A stretch of DNA of 64,000 nucleotides from Clostridia bacterium (GCA_045635805.1 JAZTWI010000002.1:9693-73692), one strand, 5' to 3'. Shown: positions 29,985-40,760, numbered from the stretch's first letter. The notes: generated from the sequence alone by a model not told the origin. Program-made: numbers and translations.

Positions 29985-31304
29985 ATGACATATGTTAAAA
30001 TAATAGGTGGTGGACTGGCTGGTTGCGAAGCTGCTTATCAACTAGCCAAAAGGGGTGTAAATGTCAAATTATATGATATGAAACCCCATAAATTCACACC
30101 TGCACATAAAAATAAAAATTTAGCAGAATTAGTATGCTCTAATTCATTAAAGAGTGATGATATAGCTACTTCTGGTGGACTTCTAAAGGAAGAACTAAGA
30201 AAACTTGATTCATTACTTATTAGAGTCGCAGATGAAACTAGAGTCCCAGCAGGTTCTAGTCTATCTGTTGATAGAGAAAAGTTTAGTGCTAGAATTACCG
30301 AGATTTTGTCTTCTTTTGATAATATCGAGATAATTGCTGAAGAAGTAGAGAAAATTGATACAGATATTCCTACTATTGTAGCATCTGGTCCACTTACTAG
30401 TGATGCCTTATCTAAGGAGATATTTAATCTAGTAGGTACGGAAGGTTTATATTTCTTTGATGCAATTGCTCCAATAGTAGAGTTTGATAGTATTAATTTT
30501 GATATTGCATATATCAAGGACAGATATGACAAGTGCGAAGGTGAGCCTAGTTATATAAATTGTCCGTTCACTAAGGAACAATATCAAGTATTTTATAATG
30601 AACTTATAAATGGAGAGTCTGTCAAACTAAAAGACTTTGAGAAGAATAAAGTTTACGAAGGTTGTATGCCTATTGAAGTCCTAGCAAAAAGGGGAGAAGA
30701 CTCTATAAGGTTTGGTCCGCTTAAGCCTGTCGGTCTTAGAGACCCAAAGACTGGTCAAACTCCATATGCTGTAGTGCAACTAAGGAAGGAAACTTTTGCA
30801 AATGACTACTATAATATTGTAGGATTCCAAACAAATCTTACATATCCAGAACAGAAAAGAATATTTAGACTAATTCCGGGACTTGAAAATGCAGAATTTC
30901 TAAGATTAGGTACGTGTCACAAAAATACTTACATTTATTCTCCTGGTAACTTAAAAGAAACATACCAAATGCTCAAATATCCTAATGTTTTCTTTGCAGG
31001 ACAGATTACAGGTGTAGAAGGCTATGTGGAGAGTATTTCTAGTGGACTAGTTGCTGCACTTAATATGTATGCATATCTAAAAGGACTAGATGCAGTAATA
31101 TTTGATAAAAGTACTATAATAGGTGCTCTTTGTAAGTATATTGCTACTAAAGTTGGTGATTTTCAGCCAATGAGTGCTAATATGGGACTTATAAACTTCG
31201 GTGAATTTAAAATAAAAGACAAGAAAGAGAAAAACAGAAAATTAGCAGAGATATCTTTGCAACAAATAGATAAAGTAAAGGAGATAATAGATAGATGGAA
31301 CTAA
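29985..31304 (+). CDS. trmFO: Folate-dependent tRNA m5U54 methyltransferase
   Basis: GGGLAGCEAA, AELVCSNS, FFDAIAP, VGFQTNL, AGQITGVEGYVES. Confidence 0.96.
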   Translation: MTYVKIIGGGLAGCEAAYQLAKRGVNVKLYDMKPHKFTPAHKNKNLAELVCSNSLKSDDIATSGGLLKEELRKLDSLLIRVADETRVPAGSSLSVDREKFSARITEILSSFDNIEIIAEEVEKIDTDIPTIVASGPLTSDALSKEIFNLVGTEGLYFFDAIAPIVEFDSINFDIAYIKDRYDKCEGEPSYINCPFTKEQYQVFYNELINGESVKLKDFEKNKVYEGCMPIEVLAKRGEDSIRFGPLKPVGLRDPKTGQTPYAVVQLRKETFANDYYNIVGFQTNLTYPEQKRIFRLIPGLENAEFLRLGTCHKNTYIYSPGNLKETYQMLKYPNVFFAGQITGVEGYVESISSGLVAALNMYAYLKGLDAVIFDKSTIIGALCKYIATKVGDFQPMSANMGLINFGEFKIKDKKEKNRKLAEISLQQIDKVKEIIDRWN

Positions 31305-31828
31305 GAGGTACAACTATACTAGGTGTAAAGAGAAATGGAAAAACTGTCTTAATCGGTGATGGTCAGGCAACCTTGGGCGAGAGAGTTATAATGAAGAGTA
31401 ACTCTAGAAAGGTTAGAAGAATTTTTAATGACAAGGTGGTTATCGGCTTTGCTGGTTCAGTTGCTGATGCTTTTGCTTTAGAAGCAAGATTTGAAGAATT
31501 ACTACAGAAATTCGGTGGAAATTTACTCAGAAGTGCTGTAGAAGTAGCCCTAGGATTTAGAGATGATAAGTACACTAGAAAACTAGATGCTCAAATGATT
31601 GTTGCAGACAAGGATATGATGCTAGTACTTACAGGCACAGGCGAAGTAATCGAGCCAGAAGGTAATGTATGTTCTATCGGTAGTGGTAGTCTGTATGCTC
31701 TTGCTAGTGCAACTGCATTATATGAAAATACTGAATTTGAAGCATTAGAAATTGCTAAAAAGAGTATGAAGATTGCTAGTGATATGTGTGTTTATACTAA
31801 TGACCATTTTACAATAGAGGAGTTATAA
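31295..31828 (+). CDS. hslV: ATP-dependent protease subunit HslV
   Basis: GTTI, GDGQATLG, GFAGSVADA, IGSG, CVYTN. Confidence 0.96.
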   Translation: MELRGTTILGVKRNGKTVLIGDGQATLGERVIMKSNSRKVRRIFNDKVVIGFAGSVADAFALEARFEELLQKFGGNLLRSAVEVALGFRDDKYTRKLDAQMIVADKDMMLVLTGTGEVIEPEGNVCSIGSGSLYALASATALYENTEFEALEIAKKSMKIASDMCVYTNDHFTIEEL

Positions 31829-31832
31829 GATT

Positions 31833-33143
31833 ATGAATTTATCACCTAAAGAGATTGTTAAACAATTAGATAAATATATCATCGGTCAAGATGAAGCAAA
31901 AAGAGCAGTTGCTATTGCTCTTAGAAATAGATATAGAAGAAGTAAACTTCCAAAGGAACTTAGAGACGAGATTACTCCTAAGAATATCATTATGAAAGGT
32001 CCTACAGGTGTGGGTAAAACAGAAATTGCTAGAAGACTTGCAAAACTAGTTAAGGCTCCTTTTATCAAGGTCGAAGCTACTAAATTTACCGAAGTAGGAT
32101 ATGTGGGTAGAGACTGTGAAAGTATGATTAGAGACTTAGTCGAGTACTCTGTAAGAATGGTAAAAGATGAGAAAATAGCCGAAGTTAAAGACAAGGCTAG
32201 ACCAATTGTTGAGAGAAGAATAGTTGAATCATTACTTCCTATGAGAAGGGAGAAAGAGCCGGATATGGAGAGTGAAAAACTCAAAGAAAAAATCTTAGAA
32301 GAACTAAGAGAAGGTAAACTTGATGATGAGACTATTGAAATAGTTATTAGTGAGCAGGCTAAACCTATAGGTGTAATGCCAGGTATGGGTCCAGATATGG
32401 ACTTAGGCAATGTACTAGGTAGTATATTCCCATCTCAAAAGAAGAAAAAGAAACTAACTGTTGGTAAAGCATTTGAACTAATGCTTGCTGATGAGAGCGA
32501 TAAGTTAATCGATACCGACGGACTTAATGCAGAAGCAATTAGAAGGGCTGAGCAAGACGGTATTATCTTTATTGATGAGATAGATAAAATTGCCGGTAGA
32601 ACTGCTAAGGCTGGTCCTGATGTTAGTAGAGAAGGTGTGCAGAGAGATATCCTTCCACTTGTAGAAGGTTCTACTGTTAATACTAAGTATGGTGTTATTA
32701 AGACAGATTATATGTTATTTATCGCTGCAGGTGCGTTCCATATCAGTAGAATGGAAGACCTTATTCCAGAGTTCTTAGGTAGATTCCCAATCAAGGTAGA
32801 ACTAAACAATTTAAATGCTGCTGAGTTCTTTAAGATTTTAACTCAACCAAAGAACGCATTAACACTACAATATACAGAACTTCTAAGAGTAGATAATATC
32901 AATCTAATCTTTACAGATGACGCACTTAAGGCTCTTGCTGACCTAGCAGAGAAGGAGAATTCTACTAGTGAAAACTTAGGCGCTAGAAGGCTTCATAACG
33001 TTATGGAAAAACTACTAGAAGATATATCATTTAATGCAAATGGTGAACATCAAATGATAGATGTTAAGATTGATAAAGAGTATGTAGACAAGGTATTTGT
33101 AGAAACAACTAAGAAGTTTGACCTTAAAAAATATATTATATAA
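31833..33143 (+). CDS. hslU: ATP-dependent protease ATPase HslU
   Basis: GPTGVGKTEIARR, EATKFTEVGYVGRD, SREGVQRD, GARRL. Confidence 0.97.
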   Translation: MNLSPKEIVKQLDKYIIGQDEAKRAVAIALRNRYRRSKLPKELRDEITPKNIIMKGPTGVGKTEIARRLAKLVKAPFIKVEATKFTEVGYVGRDCESMIRDLVEYSVRMVKDEKIAEVKDKARPIVERRIVESLLPMRREKEPDMESEKLKEKILEELREGKLDDETIEIVISEQAKPIGVMPGMGPDMDLGNVLGSIFPSQKKKKKLTVGKAFELMLADESDKLIDTDGLNAEAIRRAEQDGIIFIDEIDKIAGRTAKAGPDVSREGVQRDILPLVEGSTVNTKYGVIKTDYMLFIAAGAFHISRMEDLIPEFLGRFPIKVELNNLNAAEFFKILTQPKNALTLQYTELLRVDNINLIFTDDALKALADLAEKENSTSENLGARRLHNVMEKLLEDISFNANGEHQMIDVKIDKEYVDKVFVETTKKFDLKKYII

Positions 33144-33169
33144 TTCCCAATTTATATGATTTTAATAAT

Positions 33170-33202
33170 AAAAAAAGTTGTCTATTTTATAGCAACTTTT
33201 TT
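33170..33202 (+). terminator. Intrinsic terminator after hslU
   Basis: AAAAAAGTTG...CAACTTTTTT. Confidence 0.7.
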
Positions 33203-33442
33203 GTGTTTTTATGCATTTTTGTATGTTTTTATGCAAAAAATGGGTAAAAAGTTGACAAAATTGAGTATTTTTATGCCAAAATCGATATATTTGTTATATT
33301 GAATATTGTTTGATTTTTACAGCTAAAATCTCACTACTATCGCTGACTACATAGAATATATAATAACTAAAAATATGATAAATAATTGAAAAAAAAGTTT
33401 ACTTATGTTAAACTAGCATATAGAATTCAAAAGGTATGTACT

Positions 33443-35509
33443 ATGGAAGAAAAAGTTTTTGGACTAGAGAGACAGAATCTAGAAGAAACGCTAGTTCTAG
33501 TTGAAGAAAAACTTAATATAGTAAAAGAAAGTTCAAGTAATTTGAATTCTATTTTTGATGACTCAAATAGTGAATACTTTGAGTATTTAAAAAGAAATGC
33601 TAATAAAATTAACGAAGAAGATATTGTTGAACTTGTAAATATGCAGACTAGACTAGGTGACTTAGAACTAGATAGTGACACTCTTGAGAGAGAAAGAAAA
33701 GCTTATGAGAAGATGCTAGATAAACCATATTTTGCTAAGATTGATTTAAAAGCAGATGATACTAAGGACGAAGAAAAATATTATATCGGTCTACATTCTT
33801 TAGTTGATGACGAGAAAGAGTATAGAGTAATAGACTGGCGTTCTCCTATAGCTAGTATTTTCTATGACTATGAGAAAGGTCCTTGTTCTATTAAGACTAA
33901 TTCATCTACTCTAAAATGCAATCTTCTAAATAAAAGGCAATTTGGTATAACTAGTGGTAAACTTGATTACTATATCGATACAACCATTAATATTGAAGAC
34001 ACTTTACTTCAAGAAGCTCTTGCAAAGAATACTACTAATCAGATGAAGTCTATTGTTCAAACAATTCAAAAAGAGCAAAATGAGATTATTAGATGCGATG
34101 AGAATAAGACTGTAGTAGTGCAGGGTGTGGCAGGTTCTGGTAAGACTGCTATCGCACTTCATAGAATTGCGTATCTTATGTACAAGAATAGGGATAAGTT
34201 TACAGCTAATTCAATTGTGTTCTTGTCACCAAACAACGCACTTTCTAGTTATATATCTTCCGTTCTTCCAGACCTAGCAGAAGATGATATTCAGAAAATG
34301 CAATTAGATATCATTGCTAGAAGATTACTTAAGAAGAATTGTATTGTTGAGAGAAAGTATGAGCAGATAGAAAGGCTTATAAATTCTAGTGATTTAGAAG
34401 AGTATAATTACAAGACTAGTTATGATTTTCTAAAGGATATACTTGATTATGCTTATCGGCATTATATCGAGAATTTTGATTTAAAAGAATTTAGTATTAG
34501 AGATTTATCGATTGATACTAGGAAGATAAAGGAATTATTCTTTACTAGATATGCAGACAGAGATTTATTTACTAGACTTAGATGGATTACAGATAATATT
34601 TTTGATAAATATTTCTACTCTGTTAAAAATCCGGAAAAGACTGTTAAGTTAAAAGAACTAATTTTTGTTAAACTTTATTCTCAAATTAAAGATAAAAACT
34701 GTGTAAAAGCATATATGAATTTCTTAAAGTCAAAAGGTCTAAAATTAGAACTTGTTGGCGATAAAGTAAAAAATGAAGATGCTTATGGTATTCTATTCTT
34801 CAAAATGTTTATTTTTGGACTAGAAACTTATGATAATATCAAGCATCTAGTTATAGATGAGATGCAGGACTATTCGGCTGTGCAATTATATATTTTGAGT
34901 AAATTGTTTAAATGCTCTAAGACTGTCTTAGGTGACTATAACCAAACACTTAACCCAGAGTATGTTGCGAAATTTAAAGAAGATATGTCTACAATGCTAG
35001 GTGATGATATTAATTTCGTTACTATCAATAAGTCATATAGACAGACCGAAGAGATTGCTAATTTTGCAAATAAAGTAGGTAATAAGACAGGTGTAGAACT
35101 AGTACATAGAGAAGGTAGACCTGTTGACTTGCGTAAAATTAGTGCTGCTAATTCTCATGATGAATTACAGAAAATTATTAACGATTATAGAAGTAATGGA
35201 TATAAATCTATTGCTATTATTACTAGGTCTAATAAAGATGCTAAGAGATTATTTGCTAGTGTATCAAGTAAAATACCAGACATTAATCTAATAGATGATG
35301 ATATGGATAGTTATGATAATAACTTATGTATCATCTCTGTTTATAATAGTAAAGGATTAGAATTCGATGCTGTTATTATATATAATGCATCAAATAATTA
35401 TGAAAATGAAGTGGACAGAAATCTATTATACATTGCTGCAACTAGAGCATTACATAGATTGACAGTTGTGTATTTAGATAGTCCATCAAAGTTTATTGAT
35501 AAAAATTAA
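33443..35509 (+). CDS. helD: HelD-like (UvrD-family) RNA polymerase recycling ATPase
   Basis: PYFAKID, YIG, DWRSPIAS.FY, MKSIVQTIQKEQ, GVAGSGKT.IALHRIAYL, DEMQD, KGLEFD. Confidence 0.85.
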   Translation: MEEKVFGLERQNLEETLVLVEEKLNIVKESSSNLNSIFDDSNSEYFEYLKRNANKINEEDIVELVNMQTRLGDLELDSDTLERERKAYEKMLDKPYFAKIDLKADDTKDEEKYYIGLHSLVDDEKEYRVIDWRSPIASIFYDYEKGPCSIKTNSSTLKCNLLNKRQFGITSGKLDYYIDTTINIEDTLLQEALAKNTTNQMKSIVQTIQKEQNEIIRCDENKTVVVQGVAGSGKTAIALHRIAYLMYKNRDKFTANSIVFLSPNNALSSYISSVLPDLAEDDIQKMQLDIIARRLLKKNCIVERKYEQIERLINSSDLEEYNYKTSYDFLKDILDYAYRHYIENFDLKEFSIRDLSIDTRKIKELFFTRYADRDLFTRLRWITDNIFDKYFYSVKNPEKTVKLKELIFVKLYSQIKDKNCVKAYMNFLKSKGLKLELVGDKVKNEDAYGILFFKMFIFGLETYDNIKHLVIDEMQDYSAVQLYILSKLFKCSKTVLGDYNQTLNPEYVAKFKEDMSTMLGDDINFVTINKSYRQTEEIANFANKVGNKTGVELVHREGRPVDLRKISAANSHDELQKIINDYRSNGYKSIAIITRSNKDAKRLFASVSSKIPDINLIDDDMDSYDNNLCIISVYNSKGLEFDAVIIYNASNNYENEVDRNLLYIAATRALHRLTVVYLDSPSKFIDKN

Positions 35510-35521
35510 GGGAGAAAAATT

Positions 35522-36775
35522 ATGATTAATATACCTAAGGGTACTAAAGATATGTTACCGAAGGATAGTTTTAAGTGGAGAAAAGTAAGAAATGTAGCAG
35601 ATGAACTTGCTAGAAAGTATAATATGAAAGAAATCTCTACTCCAGGCTTTGAGAGTACAGAATTATTTGTTAGAACAGACGGTGAGAGCAGTGATATCGT
35701 TAATAAAGAAATGTATACTTTCTTAGATAAGGGCGATAGAAGTATCACTCTTAAGCCAGAAGGAACAGCTGGTGTTGTTAGGTCGTTTATAGAAAATGGC
35801 TTAGGAAACGATGTTTTACCTCTTAAATTATTCTATATTACACCTTGTTATAGATACGAAAAACCACAGGCAGGTAGACTAAGAGAACACCACCAATTTG
35901 GTTGTGAGATATTTGGTGCTAATTCACTTGCTAGTGATGTTGAAGTGATTCTTATTGCACTTGATTTCTACAAAGCATTAGGAATAGAGCCAACTATTCA
36001 CATTAATTTCTTAGGCTGTGATGATTGTAAGGCCAAATATAAAGAATTACTTAAAGAGTACACAACACCAAGGCTTAATGAAATGTGTGAAGACTGTCAT
36101 AAGAGATACGAGACTAATATTCTTAGAATGTTAGATTGTAAGAGCACAGAGTGCAAGGCAATCCTTGCCGGTGCTCCTAAAGTTACTGAGTGTCTATGTC
36201 CTGAGTGTCAGACTAAATTTGATAGCCTAAAAGAGTCTTTTGATAATTTTGGTATTAAGTATGTTGTTGATTCTAAGCTTGTTAGGGGATTAGACTACTA
36301 TACAGACTTTGTATTTGAATTTATTGATGAAGACAAAACACTTGGTCAAAATGCTCTAGGTGCCGGTGGTAGATACGACAATCTAGTTGAGAGCCTAGGT
36401 GGTAAACACACTCCAACTATTGGTTTCGGTATCGGTATTGAGAGACTACTATTATACATTGAAAGTAAAGGTATTGAATTAAAAGATGATAGACAGATAG
36501 ATGCATATGTTGCTAGTCTAACAGACAATAAGCAATATGTATTTAAGTTTGTTAAAAACTTAAGAGACGCTGGTTTTGCTATTGAAAGCGATTTGATGGG
36601 TAGAAGTTTTAAGGCACAATTTAAGTATGCAGACAAAATCGGTGCTAGGTTTGTTATCACTATCGGTGATGATGAAATTGCTGAAGGAAAACTTTCTATT
36701 AAGAATATGCAGACCGGCGAGCAAGTTAAGATGACTGAAGCAGAAATTATGGAGTTTTTGAAGGCTAATGTTTAG
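35522..36775 (+). CDS. hisS: Histidyl-tRNA synthetase
   Basis: PKGTKD, KEMY, LKPEGTA, RYEKPQAGRLRE, LVRGLDYY, GGRYD. Confidence 0.98.
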   Translation: MINIPKGTKDMLPKDSFKWRKVRNVADELARKYNMKEISTPGFESTELFVRTDGESSDIVNKEMYTFLDKGDRSITLKPEGTAGVVRSFIENGLGNDVLPLKLFYITPCYRYEKPQAGRLREHHQFGCEIFGANSLASDVEVILIALDFYKALGIEPTIHINFLGCDDCKAKYKELLKEYTTPRLNEMCEDCHKRYETNILRMLDCKSTECKAILAGAPKVTECLCPECQTKFDSLKESFDNFGIKYVVDSKLVRGLDYYTDFVFEFIDEDKTLGQNALGAGGRYDNLVESLGGKHTPTIGFGIGIERLLLYIESKGIELKDDRQIDAYVASLTDNKQYVFKFVKNLRDAGFAIESDLMGRSFKAQFKYADKIGARFVITIGDDEIAEGKLSIKNMQTGEQVKMTEAEIMEFLKANV

Positions 36776-37436
36776 AAGAAGTGAAATTTTATTAGGTGAT
36801 AAAATTAATAAATTATTTAATGCAAACATTATAGTTTTTGGTATAGGTGGTGTTGGGGGATACACTACTGAGATGTTAGTCAGAAGTGGTATAGGTAGTA
36901 TCACACTAGTAGACTATGATAATGTTGATATTTCCAATAAAAATAGACAAATTATCGCTCTTGACTCTACTATTGGAAGACCTAAAGTAGAAGTAATGAG
37001 AGAAAGACTAATCGACATTAATAAAGACTGTAATGTAACTATTATTAATGATAAAATTACTCCAGAAAATATTGAGACCTTTGAACTAGAGAAATATGAT
37101 TATGTTATAGATGCCATTGATATGGTTACTAGTAAAATTGCACTTATTAAGTACTGCAAAGAGAAGGGAATAAATATTATAAGTGCTATGGGTGCTGGTA
37201 ATAGAGCAGATATTCCCACATTTGAAGTAATTGATATCTATAAAACATACAACGATGGACTTGCTAAAGTCCTTAGGTCAAAGCTTAAAAAAGATGGTGT
37301 TACCGAGCATAAAGTAGTATTCACTAGTAATATTGCGACACCAAATGGAGATACTATAGGTAGTATTGCATACTATCCAGCAATGTGTGGGTGTGTCTTA
37401 TCTGCCTACGTAGTTCAAGAATTAATTAAAGATTAG
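36768..37436 (+). CDS. tcdA: tRNA threonylcarbamoyladenosine dehydratase (ThiF/E1-like)
   Basis: GIGGVGG, D.V..SN.NRQ, DAID, SAMGAG, DGLAKVLR. Confidence 0.88.
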   Translation: MFRRSEILLGDKINKLFNANIIVFGIGGVGGYTTEMLVRSGIGSITLVDYDNVDISNKNRQIIALDSTIGRPKVEVMRERLIDINKDCNVTIINDKITPENIETFELEKYDYVIDAIDMVTSKIALIKYCKEKGINIISAMGAGNRADIPTFEVIDIYKTYNDGLAKVLRSKLKKDGVTEHKVVFTSNIATPNGDTIGSIAYYPAMCGCVLSAYVVQELIKD

Positions 37437-37445
37437 GAGAAGATT

Positions 37446-37748
37446 ATGGAAGTACAGATTACAAGTAAAAACTTTGAAAAAGAAGTACTAAAGTATGAAG
37501 GAACTGTTATTTTAGATTTCTATGGCACTTGGTGTATGCCTTGCAAGATGTTAGCACCTGTGCTAGATAAAATTGTAAGTGAAAATGATGTTAAACTTGC
37601 TAAAGTTGACGTTGATGAGAACGAAGAACTAATCAAAAGATATAGAATTATGTCTGTTCCTACTATCAAAATCTTCAAAAATGGCGAAGAAGTTGGTATG
37701 TTTGTAGGTGTTGTGAGTGAGTCTAAAATACTAGAATTAATTAAATAA
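37446..37748 (+). CDS. trxA: Thioredoxin
   Basis: DFYGTWCMPCK, SVPT. Confidence 0.93.
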   Translation: MEVQITSKNFEKEVLKYEGTVILDFYGTWCMPCKMLAPVLDKIVSENDVKLAKVDVDENEELIKRYRIMSVPTIKIFKNGEEVGMFVGVVSESKILELIK

Positions 37749-37836
37749 TTGGCTTTAAAATTAAAGGTGACTATTGACATAGTCGCTTTTTTGTTTTAAT
37801 ATATTATTAGTATTTTAATTGGGGAAGTAATATAAA

Positions 37837-39006
37837 ATGAAAAGAGTTTATTTAGATTCTGCTGCTACAACTATGGTTAGTGGCGAAGTATTACAAGAAA
37901 TGATGCCATATTTTACAACTATTTATGGTAATAGTAGCAGTTTACATTCATTTGGTAGAGAAGCCGTTGCTGGTGTTGATGAAGCGAGAGACATTATTGC
38001 TAAAAATATCGGTGCTAAATCAAATGAAGTGTTTTTTACTTGTGGTGGAACAGAAGCAAACAACTGGGCACTTAGGGGTGTTGCTTACGCTAATATAAAG
38101 AAAGGTAAACACATTATTACTAGCCAGATAGAGCATCACAGTGTCTTAGATACATGTAAACAACTAGAGAAAGAAGGTTTTAAAGTTACATATTTACCTG
38201 TAGATAGTAATGGTATGATATCTATTCCAGAATTACTACACGAGATTAATCCTGAGACTACTATTGTATCAATTATTGCTGTTAATAACGAAGTTGGAAC
38301 TATTCAGAATATCAAAGCAATTAGTGAGATAGTTAGATTCTATGGCGCATATTTCCATATAGACGCTGTTCAAGCACTACCTGCATTTAAATTAAATGTT
38401 GAAGAACTAGGTGTAGACCTTATGAGTATTTCTTCTCATAAAATCCATGGACCAAAAGGTGCAGGTGCTCTTTACATTAGAAACAAAGTTAAAATCAATA
38501 AGTTTATGGTTGGTGGAGAGCAAGAAATGAACAAACGTGGTGGAACAGTGAATGTTCCTGCTGTTGTTGGTTTCGGTAAAGCTGTTGAATTAAACGACAG
38601 AGAATTATCTATCAAGGAAAAGAAACTATACGAAATCACTAGTTATTTTATTAAAAAACTAGAATATGAAATTCCAGAGATTAAGTTTAATGGTAATCCA
38701 TATCAAAAAGCTCTAAGCATTGTATCTGTTACATTTGCAGGAGTAGAAGGTGAGAGTTTAATTACTATGCTTGATATGAAAGGTATTGCTTGTTCTACAG
38801 GTTCTGCTTGTGCATCTGGTTCACTAGAGAAGAGCCACGTACTTGCTGCTATGGGGCTTACTGATGCAGAAGTTAGAGGAACAGTTAGATTTTCATTTGA
38901 TATAGATATTACTAGAGATGATATTGACTACACAGTTAGAGTGATTGCTAACGAAGTTGCAAAACTAAGAAAAGCAAGTCCATTAAAAACTAAAAAGAGG
39001 TCATAA
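37837..39006 (+). CDS. iscS: Cysteine desulfurase (IscS/NifS class I)
   Basis: [41 protein letters not shown]. Confidence 0.95.
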   Translation: MKRVYLDSAATTMVSGEVLQEMMPYFTTIYGNSSSLHSFGREAVAGVDEARDIIAKNIGAKSNEVFFTCGGTEANNWALRGVAYANIKKGKHIITSQIEHHSVLDTCKQLEKEGFKVTYLPVDSNGMISIPELLHEINPETTIVSIIAVNNEVGTIQNIKAISEIVRFYGAYFHIDAVQALPAFKLNVEELGVDLMSISSHKIHGPKGAGALYIRNKVKINKFMVGGEQEMNKRGGTVNVPAVVGFGKAVELNDRELSIKEKKLYEITSYFIKKLEYEIPEIKFNGNPYQKALSIVSVTFAGVEGESLITMLDMKGIACSTGSACASGSLEKSHVLAAMGLTDAEVRGTVRFSFDIDITRDDIDYTVRVIANEVAKLRKASPLKTKKRS

Positions 39007-39009
39007 TTA

Positions 39010-40647
39010 ATGTATAACAAGATTATTATAGATAGATTAAATAACTTAACACATTTATCTGCATTAAAGAATAGCAATGCTACTGCTATTTCTAAGAAAA
39101 ACCCTTATGGCGATATTGTTAAGTTTTATGCACAAATTAATAAAAACAATGTTATCCAAGCTATTACTTTCAAGGCAACAGGTTGTTCATATTTTATTGC
39201 TCTTAGTTCATATTTTTGTGAAATTGTAGAAGGCAAGACTATCGATGAAGCATTAAAAATCAAAGAAAAAGATTTAATTGCTTTTGCTGAACTTGATGAG
39301 AGTAAACACCACATTTATCCTATAATTTTAGGTACTTTTGCTTTGCTTATCAAAAAGTACAGAAAAGGCTTAGAATTAGGAAAAATTAAGCCTTGTGAAG
39401 TAAAAAAGGCTACTAAAGTAGAAGTTAAAAAGAGAGTTTCAAGTAGCAAGACTATTGATATAAAAGAAGGTCTAGGTGAAATACTTGTAAATGATACTAA
39501 AAAAGTATCTGCTACTTCTAAAAAAGTAACAGGTACTAAGCAAACTAAGGTTACAACAACTACAGTAATTACTGAGACTAGTTCTTCTGTTTCTGTAGAA
39601 GAGAAAAAGGCTATTACTGCTATCGAAAAGAGAGAAAGAGAAATTGCTCTAAAAGAAGCGAAACAACAAGCAAAGTTAGAAAAACTCGAGAAAAAAGCAC
39701 AAGCTAAGGAAGAGAAAAAACTTGCTAAAGAAAGTGCTAGTGCGAAGAAATCTCTTGCTGTAGAGAAGGCTAATCAGGTTAAGGTAATAGAAAAACAAGA
39801 TACTGCAAAATTTGCTAAGAAAGAGAGCTCTCTAGCAAAGGCAACTAAGACTGCTGAAACAAAGAAAGTATCGGTAAGTGCTGGTATAAATAAAACCATG
39901 ACTAAAAAGTCAGATAGTGTAAAAACAGAAATAGTTGTTGCAGAAGATAAAAAGGCAGAATCAAAAGTGGCTAAGACTACTAAACCTGCTACTAAAAAGA
40001 CTACTGCAACTGCCAAATCTACTAAACCTGTATTAGAAGACAAGAAAAAATTAACTAAAACTACAGCCAACAAAGAAACAAAGGCAGTTGTTAGTGCTAA
40101 AATATCTGAGAAGAAGTCTGCACCTGTAAAAACTCAGGCATTGGTAAAAACTGAAAATGACGTAATTGTTAGTGACAGTATTCCATCTACTAGTAAAGAA
40201 GAAACTCAGAACCAAATAATAGTTGAGCACGTAGAACACAAGAGAAGAGTAGAGACAATTAGAAAGGGTGGTAGTACACAAACTATCGAAGCTGAGAGAC
40301 TTGATGCTCTTAAATTAAATGCAGAAGGTAAAGATGTGCGTAAAGAAGTACATTCTGCTGCAAATCTTAACGATATGTTAAGCAGGTTAAATGCTTCTAA
40401 AACTACTAAGGTTAATAACTTAGAAGTTCGTAGTGATGCTAGTGCAAAAAAGACCATTGATGGTAAAGTTGTAGACACTAAATCTACTAGCAATAGTTTC
40501 TCATCTATGAGAGATAGTTTGCATCGTATGAGAATAAATAACGAGACAAAGGCTCTACCAAGTACAAATAAAGAAGTTGAAAAGAAAACTGAAAAGAAAG
40601 AAGAAACACAAAAGAAAGGCTTGTTTTCTAGATTATTTAGAAGATAA
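39010..40647 (+). CDS. Degenerate IscU/NifU-N domain fused to a long Lys/Thr/Ala-rich tail
   Basis: First ~120 aa fit the IscU pattern (NPYGD, FKATGC, A.SS, GKTIDEA, KHH); remainder low-complexity and basic; ends KKGLFSRLFRR. Confidence 0.8.
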   Translation: MYNKIIIDRLNNLTHLSALKNSNATAISKKNPYGDIVKFYAQINKNNVIQAITFKATGCSYFIALSSYFCEIVEGKTIDEALKIKEKDLIAFAELDESKHHIYPIILGTFALLIKKYRKGLELGKIKPCEVKKATKVEVKKRVSSSKTIDIKEGLGEILVNDTKKVSATSKKVTGTKQTKVTTTTVITETSSSVSVEEKKAITAIEKREREIALKEAKQQAKLEKLEKKAQAKEEKKLAKESASAKKSLAVEKANQVKVIEKQDTAKFAKKESSLAKATKTAETKKVSVSAGINKTMTKKSDSVKTEIVVAEDKKAESKVAKTTKPATKKTTATAKSTKPVLEDKKKLTKTTANKETKAVVSAKISEKKSAPVKTQALVKTENDVIVSDSIPSTSKEETQNQIIVEHVEHKRRVETIRKGGSTQTIEAERLDALKLNAEGKDVRKEVHSAANLNDMLSRLNASKTTKVNNLEVRSDASAKKTIDGKVVDTKSTSNSFSSMRDSLHRMRINNETKALPSTNKEVEKKTEKKEETQKKGLFSRLFRR

Positions 40648-40651
40648 TGAT

Positions 40652-40684
40652 AATACATAGGTTGCTACACCTATGTATTTTTTC
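40652..40684 (+). terminator. Intrinsic terminator
   Basis: AATACATAGGT-TGCTAC-ACCTATGTATT followed by Ts. Confidence 0.8.
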
Positions 40685-40707
40685 TATATTTTGCCAAAGA
40701 ATTAATT

Positions 40708-40737
40708 GTATATTTGTTGACTTAAAAAGCCAAAATA
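40708..40737 (+). promoter_or_regulatory. Putative sigma-G (forespore) promoter
   Basis: GTATA-N18-CAAAATA. Confidence 0.55.
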
Positions 40738-40760
40738 ATAGTACTATTATGGAGGTAATT

